In this document: positions 37,733 to 46,712 of the stretch, in pieces
Numbering within the stretch: the first letter of the stretch is position 1
Layout of the letters: each line of letters starts with the position of its first letter
From: Dehalococcoidales bacterium
GTDB lineage: Bacteria; Chloroflexota; Dehalococcoidia; Dehalococcoidales; UBA5627
Length of the DNA stretch: 64,000 bases
Reading direction: 5' to 3'
Assembly (NCBI GenBank): GCA_028707255.1
Contig: JAQTUQ010000006.1
Coordinates: 8,832 to 72,831 of the forward strand
Made by a program: the position numbers and the translations under genes
Notes under the pieces: model-generated
What the model was told of the DNA's origin: nothing
The model's input: only the letters and a program-made list of their open reading frames with translations
Databases searched by the model: none

Positions 37733-37912
37733 TTATTCTGCGGATAATTTACCGCCGATTGCCCAGTTCTGTTTCGGATTATCTTTAAATATTATTTGCA
37801 CCTGTTCGGCGGGAACACCTATTTTAATAAATTCAGTGGTTATTCCCTCTGCAAGCTGTTTTTTTTGTTCCAGGGTTCGCCCCTGCCACATCTCTACAAT
37901 GATTACAGGCAT
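37733..37912 (-). CDS. 4-oxalocrotonate tautomerase family protein (59 aa; below ORF-track cutoff)
   Basis: Manual translation: MPVIIVEMWQGRTLEQKKQLAEGITTEFIKIGVPAEQVQIIFKDNPKQNWAIGGKLSAE. It has the catalytic Pro1 after Met and the typical 4-OT length and pattern. Confidence 0.7.
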   Translation of the reverse strand: MPVIIVEMWQGRTLEQKKQLAEGITTEFIKIGVPAEQVQIIFKDNPKQNWAIGGKLSAE

Positions 37913-37944
37913 ATCATACTCCTATATACCAAACTAAATAATCA

Positions 37945-38163
37945 CTATTGACGCATAAACTTTTTCTTCAGTTCTTCCAGTTGTTTCAGTTTTTCCAGCG
38001 CTTCCTCGCTCAACGGCTCGATTGCTACTACAGCTCCCTCATGGATGTTGATTGTATAAAGAGCGCGACATTTCCAGCAGCGATACGGTCCTGAAAATTC
38101 CTGGTCTAAAAGTGAAATACTACCTTCGTTATTACATGCGGGGCATTTGATTTTAATTGCCAT
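37945..38163 (-). CDS. Zinc-ribbon protein, possibly Trm112-like
   Basis: 72 aa: KCPACNN…(17)…RCWKCRALYTINIHEGAVVAIEPLSEEA, then a helical tail. GGAGG lies 10 nt upstream of the ATG. It sits directly downstream of the Trm9-like gene. Confidence 0.5.
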   Translation of the reverse strand: MAIKIKCPACNNEGSISLLDQEFSGPYRCWKCRALYTINIHEGAVVAIEPLSEEALEKLKQLEELKKKFMRQ

Positions 38164-38220
38164 TGTGCTTTTTCCTCCTCTAATAATATTAACAGCTTAA
38201 TTAATGATAGGCAAACCGTT

Positions 38221-38877
38221 TTAGCTTTCTTTTTTTAACAGCAAGCAAATATTCCTTGAAAAATACTTTATGGGAAATCTATATCTTTTCTCAGGGAACG
38301 ATACGATAACTTTAAAACCGGCTTTAACTGCCAGTTTCCTCACGTCATTATAAGAAAAGAGGTGGTAATATCTCAAGAGAGTGTTATCTTTTTCTTTCCA
38401 CGGGATATTAACGTCTTTCTTTTTAAACCAGAAAGCGGGCTGCCACTTATTCCATACCGTAACAAAAGCTTCGGCTCCCGGTTTTAAAACCCTCTTCAAT
38501 TCGATAAAGGCTTTTAAACGTTCGTTTTTTTCCTTTATATGATGATATGTGGCAGCCGATATCGCCCAGTCGAATGTATTATCGGCAAAGGGCAGGTTGC
38601 AAATATCCGCCTGAACAAGAGAAACACTGTAATCGAACTTTAAAGCGTATTTTTGCGCCAGTTTTAACATACCGGAAGAAAAATCAACGCCGTAAAGTTC
38701 AAAGTTATCTTTAAACGGCAGAAAGTCCGCGCCGTGCCCGCAACCGAGATTGATCAGTTTCCCCTGTTCCCATCTGGTTGACAGATTTTCAAGCTCCGCT
38801 TTGAAAATAGAGCGGTGCCTGTAGTTATACCAGGAAGGCGCGATACGGTCGAAAACCGCTTTTAATTCGTTATCCAA
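38221..38877 (-). CDS. Class I SAM-dependent methyltransferase, Trm9/ALKBH8-MT-like
   Basis: It aligns by eye along its whole length to yeast Trm9 as I remember it. VFDRIAPSW matches VYNEIAPHF, and NLGCGHG matches DVGCGNG. ADICNLPFADNTFDWAISAATYHHIKEKNERLKAFIELKRVLKPGAEAFVTVWNKWQ matches ADGLNLPHKNETFDFAISIAVVHHWSTRERRVEVIRHVLSKLRQGGQALIYCWALEQ. DVNIPW matches DVFVPW, and RYYHLF matches RYYHLY. Confidence 0.75.
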   Translation of the reverse strand: MDNELKAVFDRIAPSWYNYRHRSIFKAELENLSTRWEQGKLINLGCGHGADFLPFKDNFELYGVDFSSGMLKLAQKYALKFDYSVSLVQADICNLPFADNTFDWAISAATYHHIKEKNERLKAFIELKRVLKPGAEAFVTVWNKWQPAFWFKKKDVNIPWKEKDNTLLRYYHLFSYNDVRKLAVKAGFKVIVSFPEKRYRFPIKYFSRNICLLLKKES

Positions 38878-38979
38878 GATTTAATCCCTCAATTATAATT
38901 TAATAACGTTTAAGTTGTGGCTGACTTTTAAAACTGGTAGACTGATTATATCATTTGTAAAAAATTTTTGAGAGTATAG

Positions 38980-40362
38980 ATGAAAAAAGAATCCAGGACA
39001 ATATCGGGGGTAACGCCGGTTGCCGTAATGACTTCCCCACAGGGGTGCCCCGGTAAATGTATCTATTGTCCGACCTACGTCGCCACGCCTCAAAGCTATA
39101 CGCCGGAGTCTCCGGCGGTTTTAAGAGCAAAGAGTTGTGATTATGATGCCGCTAAACAGGTGGAGTTGAGGTTGCGTATCCTTTCCGGAATGGGGCATCC
39201 GACCGATAAAATAGAAATGATAATAATGGGGGGGACTTTTTTATCCTATCCTGCGGACTACCAGTATAAATTTATTAAAGGTTGTTATGATGCGCTGAAC
39301 GGAGTAATTTCGGGAAGCCTGAAAGAAGCGCAGAAAATTAATGAAGGCACCCAGCATCGATGCGTGGGTTTATGTATCGAAACACGTCCCGACTGGTGTC
39401 GTAAGGAAGATATTTATAGAATGATTGAATTCGGCGCCACCAGGGTGGAGCTTGGTGTGCAAACGCTCGACGATAACATTTATGAAACGGTCAGGCGCGG
39501 CCATCGCATCGACGATGTCGTAATTGCTACCCGGATGTTGAAAGAAACGGGATTAAAAGTACATTATCACTGGATGCCGGGATTGCCCGGTTCGACGCCG
39601 GAACATGACCTCGAGCTGTCGAAAATGATGTTTGAAAACGAATCATTTAAACCTGATGGTCTCAAGTTATATCCGACCATGGTGGTCGAGGGAACCGTGC
39701 TCTATGAATGGTATCGGGCAGGCACATATCAACCGTATGATAAAGATACCATGATAAATCTGCTGGCCGATATTAAATCGCTGGTACCCAAATATGTCAG
39801 GATATCCCGCGTACTGCGCGATATCCCCGCCAAGTTCATAGTAGCCGGATTAAAAGACTCTCTGCGTGAACCGTTAAAGCTGATAATGGAGCAAAAGGGT
39901 ATAAGCTGTAAATGTATTCGCTGCAGAGAGTACGGGCATAAGGTAAAGACGGAGCTTCCGGTCGGGGAACCTAAATTGGACAGGATGGATTATGAGGCCT
40001 CTGGAGGGCATGAGATATTTCTTTCGTTTGTAGACGAGTATATGACACTCTTCGGTTTATTAAGGCTACGGATTCAAAAGAATCCCTCCCTGAATTCCGA
40101 CTTTAATAATTATACGGCACTTGTCAGGGAGTTGCATGTTTACGGGCCTGAAGTAGTGCTTGGGAACAAGGACATCGAAGCTGTGCAGCATAAGGGAATG
40201 GGGAAGTCTTTACTGGCGGAAGCCGAACGCATTGCATCAGATGAGTTCGGCATAAATCGAATGGCAATATTAAGCGGCGTAGGGGCAAGGGAATACTATC
40301 GCAATGAAGGCTACAAACTGGAAGACGGTTATATGATAAAGAAACTGACGCCGGCAAATTAG
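38980..40362 (+). CDS. elp3: Elp3-family radical-SAM / GNAT tRNA-modification enzyme
   Basis: Radical-SAM Cys motif (GCPGKCIYCP), a central SAM domain (…TRVELGVQTLDD…), and a C-terminal GNAT with the Elp3 signature (VRELHVYGPEV…VQHKGMGKSLLAEAERIA). Confidence 0.9.
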   Translation: MKKESRTISGVTPVAVMTSPQGCPGKCIYCPTYVATPQSYTPESPAVLRAKSCDYDAAKQVELRLRILSGMGHPTDKIEMIIMGGTFLSYPADYQYKFIKGCYDALNGVISGSLKEAQKINEGTQHRCVGLCIETRPDWCRKEDIYRMIEFGATRVELGVQTLDDNIYETVRRGHRIDDVVIATRMLKETGLKVHYHWMPGLPGSTPEHDLELSKMMFENESFKPDGLKLYPTMVVEGTVLYEWYRAGTYQPYDKDTMINLLADIKSLVPKYVRISRVLRDIPAKFIVAGLKDSLREPLKLIMEQKGISCKCIRCREYGHKVKTELPVGEPKLDRMDYEASGGHEIFLSFVDEYMTLFGLLRLRIQKNPSLNSDFNNYTALVRELHVYGPEVVLGNKDIEAVQHKGMGKSLLAEAERIASDEFGINRMAILSGVGAREYYRNEGYKLEDGYMIKKLTPAN

Positions 40363-40365
40363 CGG

Positions 40366-40680
40366 CTACTTTTCCTCTTCTTCGCTGCTCCAGTTCATCA
40401 TTATTTGCTTGATACGCTGAGCCAGTTTCGGGCTCTGGCGCAGGCGTTCGATAAAAACAGGGCATCCCTCAACCATCGATTGCTGCGCCGAATATGCCAT
40501 ACTCGATATCAGTTGATTCACCTCGGGATTATCCTTTTCGGGGGCGTTAAAACCGGGAGTATTTTCCATCTGCCTGCGGATATCCTCAGTGGTAAACTTC
40601 ATCGGTATCAGGCATGTCTTATACCAGGGGCATTCCTTGCATTGCACTATACCGTATGCTTCGTCTAAAATATCGCTCAT
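40366..40680 (-). CDS. Hypothetical Cys-containing protein
   Basis: 104 aa with CKECPWYKTC near the N-terminus, a further Cys (EGCPVF) and an acidic tail. Same strand as trxA, 45 nt downstream of it. No family recognised. Confidence 0.5.
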   Translation of the reverse strand: MSDILDEAYGIVQCKECPWYKTCLIPMKFTTEDIRRQMENTPGFNAPEKDNPEVNQLISSMAYSAQQSMVEGCPVFIERLRQSPKLAQRIKQIMMNWSSEEEEK

Positions 40681-40725
40681 CGATTAATCTCCGTCAGTTC
40701 TTGATAACTTAACAATATTATTATA

Positions 40726-41043
40726 TTAAAGAAGGCTGTCGATTTTAGCTTTCAATGCGGACTCGGATTGCGCTCCGATTACCGTATCTACCGCCTTGCC
40801 GTCCTTAAAGAATATGAGTGTGGGGATAGACATGACATTGTATTTGGCAGCGGTTTTCTGGTTATCATCTACATTCATCTTGCAGAACTTGAATTTACCG
40901 GCGTATTGTTCCGCCAGCTTATCGATAACGGGACCCACCATGCGGCAGGGACCGCACCACGGCGCCCATAAATCCAGCAGTACCGGCTGGGTCGATTTTA
41001 AAACCTCGCTTTCGAAACTCTGGTCGTTAATTTCATGTACCAT
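40726..41043 (-). CDS. trxA: Thioredoxin
   Basis: 105 aa with the WAPWCGPC active site and the canonical thioredoxin pattern. Confidence 0.95.
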   Translation of the reverse strand: MVHEINDQSFESEVLKSTQPVLLDLWAPWCGPCRMVGPVIDKLAEQYAGKFKFCKMNVDDNQKTAAKYNVMSIPTLIFFKDGKAVDTVIGAQSESALKAKIDSLL

Positions 41044-41160
41044 GATGCAATCTCCTTTTTAAAATAGTTTCGGCTACCATTTTATAGTAATGTTTTACCC
41101 TTTTTGTGTCAAGGAAAAAGAATTGTCGGTGCTTGTCAATTAACGCGGCTATAATCTTAA

Positions 41161-41265
41161 TTCGAAGCCGCTATGGATTCGACAAGCTCACCACTAGCGG
41201 TTTTTGGAATTTCACCACGAGCGGCTTAGTAATCCGTGTTATGCTTGTCCTGAGCATGTCGCAGA
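41161..41265. repeat. Repeat cluster E
   Basis: 41163-41204 matches 12757-12796 (shared 17-mer GCCGCTATGGATTCGAC; …CTCACCAC.AGCGGTTTT). A second CACCACGAGCGG module lies at 41214-41225. Confidence 0.5.
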
Positions 41266-41306
41266 ATGGGCAGAAGTAAACATTACTAATCTCTAATAAT
41301 ATATTT

Positions 41307-42185
41307 TTATATTTCCAGCCACGAATGGGAATACAGGGTATTGCCTTTGAGCACTTTTACCGATTTGGCATACTCCTTCTCTTTCGGGGAGAGGGTCGAG
41401 ATATCGGGGTTATAGCCGTCCATCATTTTATGCACCAGTTCTAAAATCTCCGGCATTTCGCCTCTTGCCAATCGTATCAATTCAGCGTCGAAAGCGTCCA
41501 CGATAGCGGCATAAATGCTGTACTTCATCAGCATTGCCAAATACGTCCTGTTCAAATACGGTCTGAGATTGGCAGGCGTTCCGTTGGAAACATTGGAAAG
41601 CCCGACCACCGATTTGCAGCCGGGGGCTATATCTCCCAGCATGCTCATAAACTCGATGCAGGCTTTTACCTGGTTGATATCGACGCTGACAGGAGTAACG
41701 ATCGGGTCTATCCAGATATCTTCATTCGGAATTCCGATTTCGTTGGCTTTATAAACGATATCTACCGCCAGCATACATCTTTCGTTGGCATCGCGAGGCA
41801 TACCGTCTGTTCCCCACAACAGTCCGATAATCTCGGCATCGTATTTTTTTGCCATCGGCAGCACTTTTTCCAGTCTTTCCGGTTGCAATGATACCGAATT
41901 GATAAGCGCACGTTTTTCACAGATTTTCAGTCCGGATTCGGTTGCCAGCGCGTTGGTGGTATCGAGCGACAGGGGCATATCGGTAACCTCCTGCACGGTT
42001 TCCACCAGCCATTTCATTAGTTCATCACCGTCCTTGCGCGCGGGACCGATGTTGAGGTCAAGATAATCCATTCCGGCGTTGGATTCGGCTTTGGCAAGCT
42101 CTCGGACAGGGTCTGGCAGTCTTTCCCGAAGCGCCGCTCCGATTGTTTTAGACATTATATTGATGTTTTCCCCGATGAGTATCAT
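41307..42185 (-). CDS. acsE: Methyltetrahydrofolate:corrinoid/Fe-S protein methyltransferase (AcsE-like, pterin-binding domain)
   Basis: Pterin-binding TIM-barrel pattern (ILIGENIN…, …YLDLNIGP…, …PLSLDTTN…, …GLSNVSNG…). Last gene of the ACS operon. Confidence 0.8.
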   Translation of the reverse strand: MILIGENINIMSKTIGAALRERLPDPVRELAKAESNAGMDYLDLNIGPARKDGDELMKWLVETVQEVTDMPLSLDTTNALATESGLKICEKRALINSVSLQPERLEKVLPMAKKYDAEIIGLLWGTDGMPRDANERCMLAVDIVYKANEIGIPNEDIWIDPIVTPVSVDINQVKACIEFMSMLGDIAPGCKSVVGLSNVSNGTPANLRPYLNRTYLAMLMKYSIYAAIVDAFDAELIRLARGEMPEILELVHKMMDGYNPDISTLSPKEKEYAKSVKVLKGNTLYSHSWLEI

Positions 42186-42195
42186 AAAGAACCCC

Positions 42196-43545
42196 TTATG
42201 CTTTCCATGTTTTTAAATAAGCCGGAATGTGCGCGCCTTCCCGCGGTCCTACAACTATTTCCCAGTCGGGAAGTTCGTCTTCGAGTGCACCGCTTTCAAT
42301 GGCGATATACCCCGGGATAATCAGCTTGCGGTGTTTTACTTTGTCCGCAATGCCGCATTTTTTCACAAAAGATGCTATAGTATCGGCGCCGAACTTACCG
42401 GCAGCCCAGGCCGTCATCACTGAAAGTCCTTCTGTATCCTTTATCAACAGGTAGCCTGAAACACGGCTGCTTTCTATTTCTCCCGAAACGATAAAATATG
42501 TCAGGGAAAAATTACAGGTTACCAGTACCGGAGAGCTCTCATCGGGGCAGCCGATTTCGTAAATATCCTCGTCCGTTGCCAGCGGCCTCTGCGGGTCTGA
42601 AAACAGGTTCATTCGCAGTACCAGCAAGGGAAAGAGAGTCTCACCGCTAAAATCGGAGAGCACAATGATACCGGCATATTTGGCAACGAAGGTAGCCGCA
42701 ATCATTGCTTCTTTCAGCGGGTCGTCGGTCATCTCGTTAACTAGCACTATAGTGGGATAGCCGAGAGAGCGCATCTTCTGATTCAACGCGGCGCGTCTGA
42801 TAGCTACCTGGTCTTGCAGGACTTTTTGTATACTGCTGGCTCCCGTATCGATTACTATATCTTTGACGCCCGATTGTTCCAGCCTGGTTGTCAGTTCGAT
42901 AATATCATCGATGGATTCACCTTTAACGGCTACCGGGCAGGAGCATTCCTTTGCTAATGCGATAATTTTTTCACAGTTCTCTTTGGTTACAGCATGAATC
43001 AGCGGTCTCATGTCGGAACAAACTGACAGCCCTGCTGCCAGCATATCGGGGTTTTCGCTGATTAACATAATACTTGCTTTGCATTTCTGCATAACCTTAT
43101 TAATCAGGGCTTTGTATTTACTCGCATCTCCCGATTGGCATTTTAAGGCAATTATCTCGCCGCGCAGGGTTTGTCCCACTCTTTCGTAAACGAGATTGCT
43201 AAATCTCTCGATGCGTCCGTCTATTGCAGTTTCTGTCATATCATCGCTTATAAGAAGGGCAATAGCCGGGGCATTTTCAAATCTCTTTTCGTGGCGGAAC
43301 ATCACCGTTTCGCCGCCGATTTTTTTGGCATTTTCTCCTTTTCCGATAGTAACCATCCTGATGGGTGGAGTGGAGGCTTCTTCCAGTTTATTGCGGGCTT
43401 CTTCAGACAGATAAGGGCATTTGGCAAGTTCCGCTTTACCGGCAGCCAGGCTCATGGCAAAAGCCAGGCAAGTGGGAACTCCGCATTCGCCGCAATTGGT
43501 TTTCGGTAATAATTTGAATATCTCTATGCCTGTAATTGCCATCAA
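42196..43545 (-). CDS. acsC: Corrinoid/iron-sulfur protein large subunit (AcsC / CdhE)
   Basis: N-terminal 4Fe-4S motif (LPKTNCGECGVPTCLAFAMSLA…CPY), followed by TIM-barrel and Rossmann B12 domains. Confidence 0.9.
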   Translation of the reverse strand: MMAITGIEIFKLLPKTNCGECGVPTCLAFAMSLAAGKAELAKCPYLSEEARNKLEEASTPPIRMVTIGKGENAKKIGGETVMFRHEKRFENAPAIALLISDDMTETAIDGRIERFSNLVYERVGQTLRGEIIALKCQSGDASKYKALINKVMQKCKASIMLISENPDMLAAGLSVCSDMRPLIHAVTKENCEKIIALAKECSCPVAVKGESIDDIIELTTRLEQSGVKDIVIDTGASSIQKVLQDQVAIRRAALNQKMRSLGYPTIVLVNEMTDDPLKEAMIAATFVAKYAGIIVLSDFSGETLFPLLVLRMNLFSDPQRPLATDEDIYEIGCPDESSPVLVTCNFSLTYFIVSGEIESSRVSGYLLIKDTEGLSVMTAWAAGKFGADTIASFVKKCGIADKVKHRKLIIPGYIAIESGALEDELPDWEIVVGPREGAHIPAYLKTWKA

Positions 43546-43562
43546 AAATTTCCTTTATAACA

Positions 43563-44873
43563 TTATAGCTGGATTATGGGTTCCATAGAAAGTGCCGGAT
43601 GTTTTGCCGCTTTCAGAAATAAAAAAATCTCCTCTTCGCTGGTGCCTATAGATTCATCGGCAATCATTTTCATCAAATCAGGGATTCCCATCTCTTTTGC
43701 TCTGATATTAAATCTGTCCATAATTTCCGTTTTAAGCTGTCGGGGCATCCAGACGATTCTCCTGATGCCTCCCTCGGCGTTTAAAAACTTGCGCTGGGTA
43801 ATATTGTATTTACTGTGTCCCATAAAACCGGGAGTATTCAATTCCCCCCTGATATTATCAATTAAAGTCTTGAAATCCATGCCGCAGGGCGTCATTCCCT
43901 GATAATCCCGGTCAACGACCATAACCCCGTTGCATAGCGGTAGCACAACTGAAACGCACTCTACCCATTCGCAGGTGGGCATCGGTTTATTCATTATGCT
44001 GTAGAGGTTGTAAGAGCCGCTTTTTCCCTGTGAGGCTTTTTTAACAAATTCATTTACGCCCCGCCACTGTCCCAATCTTAAATCTACAGGGGTACTTTTC
44101 TCTACCGGCTTGTTGGGGCCTGTAGGGTCGATATCGTACGACGCCCTGCAATCCAGCCAGTTGTATGAACCGCAGGGGCTGCTTCTTTCGGGGCTGATGG
44201 TGCATACATGGAACGGAACGAACGATTGGCAAATTGTGCATGAATAGAAGGTCTCTTCGGTTTCATCGGTCATGCCTTCGATACGCGCATCGCGCAGCGA
44301 ATAGACGGATTTAACTTTTTCAAGTATCTCTGTTACCATTTCTTCTTCGGTATAGATTTTTACCTGTATTTTATCAAGAATCCGTCCAAAATCATCGTGC
44401 AGTTTACTGTGCAGGATTACCCCGATATGCCGCAAGGTAAAACCTTTTTCTGCGGCTGATTTAGAGATTCTGAGGCATACCATATCACGCTGCCCGGTAT
44501 GCATCGCTCCCTGTATGCGATTCAGGATGCGGTGAATCTGCTTTTCCAGAACCGGTTCGTAGTCCGGCTGCATATTCTTTCCGGCTACCTCGACGACAAT
44601 GGCAAGCGGCAGCGCAGTCTTTTTACAGTGGTTTTTTATATCAAGGCCGATAATATCTATTCTGCCGTCCTCGATGTCTTTAAAACTTTTAGTGGTAAGC
44701 CATTCTCCCATGCGGCTGCTTGCACCGCCGAATTCGATGTACAGGTCGTCATTGCGAATCCTTTCGCCCTCATATTCCTGTCCGTATGCAAATGGAAATC
44801 CTGTTATCTTTGACATTTCAGCCTTATAAGGGATTAATCCGAAACAGCCTGAATTATAATTGATTGGAGGCAA
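43563..44873 (-). CDS. acsB: Acetyl-CoA synthase catalytic subunit, short archaeal-CdhC-like form (AcsB)
   Basis: A-cluster region (CTICQSFVPFHVCTISPERSSPCGSYNWLDCRASYDIDPTGPN). The protein begins at the …YGQEYEGERIRNDDLYIEFGG segment, so the CODH-docking N-domain of long bacterial AcsB is absent. TTG 44873 or ATG 44816 is the start. Confidence 0.85.
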   Translation of the reverse strand: MPPINYNSGCFGLIPYKAEMSKITGFPFAYGQEYEGERIRNDDLYIEFGGASSRMGEWLTTKSFKDIEDGRIDIIGLDIKNHCKKTALPLAIVVEVAGKNMQPDYEPVLEKQIHRILNRIQGAMHTGQRDMVCLRISKSAAEKGFTLRHIGVILHSKLHDDFGRILDKIQVKIYTEEEMVTEILEKVKSVYSLRDARIEGMTDETEETFYSCTICQSFVPFHVCTISPERSSPCGSYNWLDCRASYDIDPTGPNKPVEKSTPVDLRLGQWRGVNEFVKKASQGKSGSYNLYSIMNKPMPTCEWVECVSVVLPLCNGVMVVDRDYQGMTPCGMDFKTLIDNIRGELNTPGFMGHSKYNITQRKFLNAEGGIRRIVWMPRQLKTEIMDRFNIRAKEMGIPDLMKMIADESIGTSEEEIFLFLKAAKHPALSMEPIIQL

Positions 44874-45807
44874 GGTCGGCTATCATTTCCCGGACAAGCT
44901 TAATAGCTTCGGGGTGTCTCATTATAAGGATATCGGCGCCGGCGGTAGCCAGTGTCATTGCCGACATCGCTTCCAGCAGAATAGCACGTTTTTTGGCATC
45001 GCCGAGAGCGGGGTTTTCAGCAGTCGGGGTTTTAGCTTCCTTGGTCTTCCACGTTTCGGCGGCGATATTACAGATTATGGGAAATTGCAGTTTTTTATCG
45101 TTTTGAGTCAGGGCGGCAATCCTGATTCTCTCAATCACGGAATAGGCATACTCGATACCGTAGCCGATGCTGCTGACCGTGGGGTCGATAAGAATTTTGT
45201 CATCCGGCACGCCCAGGTTGCCAAGTAAGATATTCAGTTGTTTTGCCAGGTTAATATCGATCGGGCTGGAGGCGATAATGCTATGCCCGCATTCTATGGC
45301 TGTGGGTGCGATATTTTTGTAATCGCCTTCTTCTAATGGTCCCACAATCAGGTTTTTCCCTTTGCAGACCTGGCAAACCCTGTTTAATACCGCTGTATCT
45401 TTTTCATGATTGGCAGTTCCCCAGATAATCAGCGGTACATTAACCGCATCGGCTACCTTTTTGACAGTCTCGGCTGCCTCATCGGCGCTGCGGTCGAGCC
45501 CGTTGGGGTCGGTACCTGAAAGCTGCAAACAAATCATCTCGGCTTTATACTCATCGATACATTTCTTTGCCCACTTAGCGGGGTCATTTATTACATCCTT
45601 AAAAGGTTCAATAGCTGCTTCCGCCCAGTCTTCCGGTTTTACATCGTAAACTTCCATGGCGATTACCGGCAGATGCGGCATTGGTGCGTCGAAAGTATGG
45701 AAGGGGAATGCGCTTTCGCCTCCGACAGTAATGCTGTTTTCTACGCTGCCCAGGGTTATTTCCCTGATGCTACCGTTATATTGAATTTCGGGAGTTTTAA
45801 AAAACAT
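44854..45807 (-). CDS. acsD: Corrinoid/iron-sulfur protein small subunit (AcsD / CdhD)
   Basis: 317-aa TIM-barrel protein with the AcsD/CdhD pattern, lying between folD and acsB. Confidence 0.85.
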   Translation of the reverse strand: MFFKTPEIQYNGSIREITLGSVENSITVGGESAFPFHTFDAPMPHLPVIAMEVYDVKPEDWAEAAIEPFKDVINDPAKWAKKCIDEYKAEMICLQLSGTDPNGLDRSADEAAETVKKVADAVNVPLIIWGTANHEKDTAVLNRVCQVCKGKNLIVGPLEEGDYKNIAPTAIECGHSIIASSPIDINLAKQLNILLGNLGVPDDKILIDPTVSSIGYGIEYAYSVIERIRIAALTQNDKKLQFPIICNIAAETWKTKEAKTPTAENPALGDAKKRAILLEAMSAMTLATAGADILIMRHPEAIKLVREMIADLASNQL

Positions 45808-45820
45808 GCAACCCTCCGTA

Positions 45821-46711
45821 TTAAGTAAGTAAATTGATAATTTTAGCTGCTTTGATAGTATTTGACATAAGCATGGCTATGGTCATAGGCCCCACACCGC
45901 CGGGAACCGGGGTTATGGCGCTAGCTTTCTCTTTCACCGATTCGAAATCGACATCGCCGCAGATAACGGCTTTGCCGTCAGCCGTCTCACCGATGCGGTG
46001 GGTGCTGGCATCGATAACGACAGCGTCTTCCTTGACCATGTCGGCTGTGATAAAGCGCGGTTTGCTACCGGCGGCGGCAATTAAAATATCGGCTCTTCTT
46101 GTATGTGCAGCCAGATCTCTGGTTTTCGTATGGCATACGGTTACGGTAGCATTGGCTCCTTTGCCTTTTTGCATCAGGATGCCTGCCATCGGCTTGCCCA
46201 GAATATTACTTCTGCCGATAATTACGACATCGGCGCCCTCGGTTTCTATGCTGTATTTCTGTAAAAGAACCTGGATTCCGAGCGGTGTGCAGGGCAGGTA
46301 GTTGGCCTCTCCTATCATCATATTGCCGATGCTTTCGGGGTTGAAACCGTCGACATCCTTGATGGGGTTAATAGCTGCCAGAATCGTATTTTCATGGATA
46401 TGCGGTGGCAGGGGAACCTGCACCAGTATTCCGTGAATTTTTGGTTCATTATTAAGACGCCCTATCAGAGCCAGTAATTCCTCTTTGGTAGTTTCGGCAG
46501 GCAGGTCGTAATTTTCGGAGTACAGTCCCATGGCTTTACAGGTTTTTACTTTCATACCTACATATAACTGAGATGCCGGGTCGCCTCCCACCAGTATCGT
46601 AGCCAAGCCGGGTACCAGATTATACTGACTTTTTAAGTGGATGACCTCTTCGCTTAATTCCCGGCGTATATTTTTAGCAGTTGCCGTTCCGTCGAGTATT
46701 ATTGCTGTCAA
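45821..46711 (-). CDS. folD: Bifunctional methylene-THF dehydrogenase / methenyl-THF cyclohydrolase
   Basis: Signatures (…DPASQLYVGMKVK…, …GILVQVPLP…, …DVDGFNP…, …VVIIGRSNILGKPMA…, …PVPGGVGPMTIAML…). Confidence 0.95.
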   Translation of the reverse strand: MTAIILDGTATAKNIRRELSEEVIHLKSQYNLVPGLATILVGGDPASQLYVGMKVKTCKAMGLYSENYDLPAETTKEELLALIGRLNNEPKIHGILVQVPLPPHIHENTILAAINPIKDVDGFNPESIGNMMIGEANYLPCTPLGIQVLLQKYSIETEGADVVIIGRSNILGKPMAGILMQKGKGANATVTVCHTKTRDLAAHTRRADILIAAAGSKPRFITADMVKEDAVVIDASTHRIGETADGKAVICGDVDFESVKEKASAITPVPGGVGPMTIAMLMSNTIKAAKIINLLT

Positions 46712-46712
46712 T

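Noticed and set aside
45834-46301. 155-aa ORF antisense to folD, and similar long antisense ORFs at 49522..50010, 62709..63239 and 63050..63454
   Set aside because: They lie opposite strongly supported genes (folD, fhs, dprA) and have no motifs, so I treat them as shadow frames.
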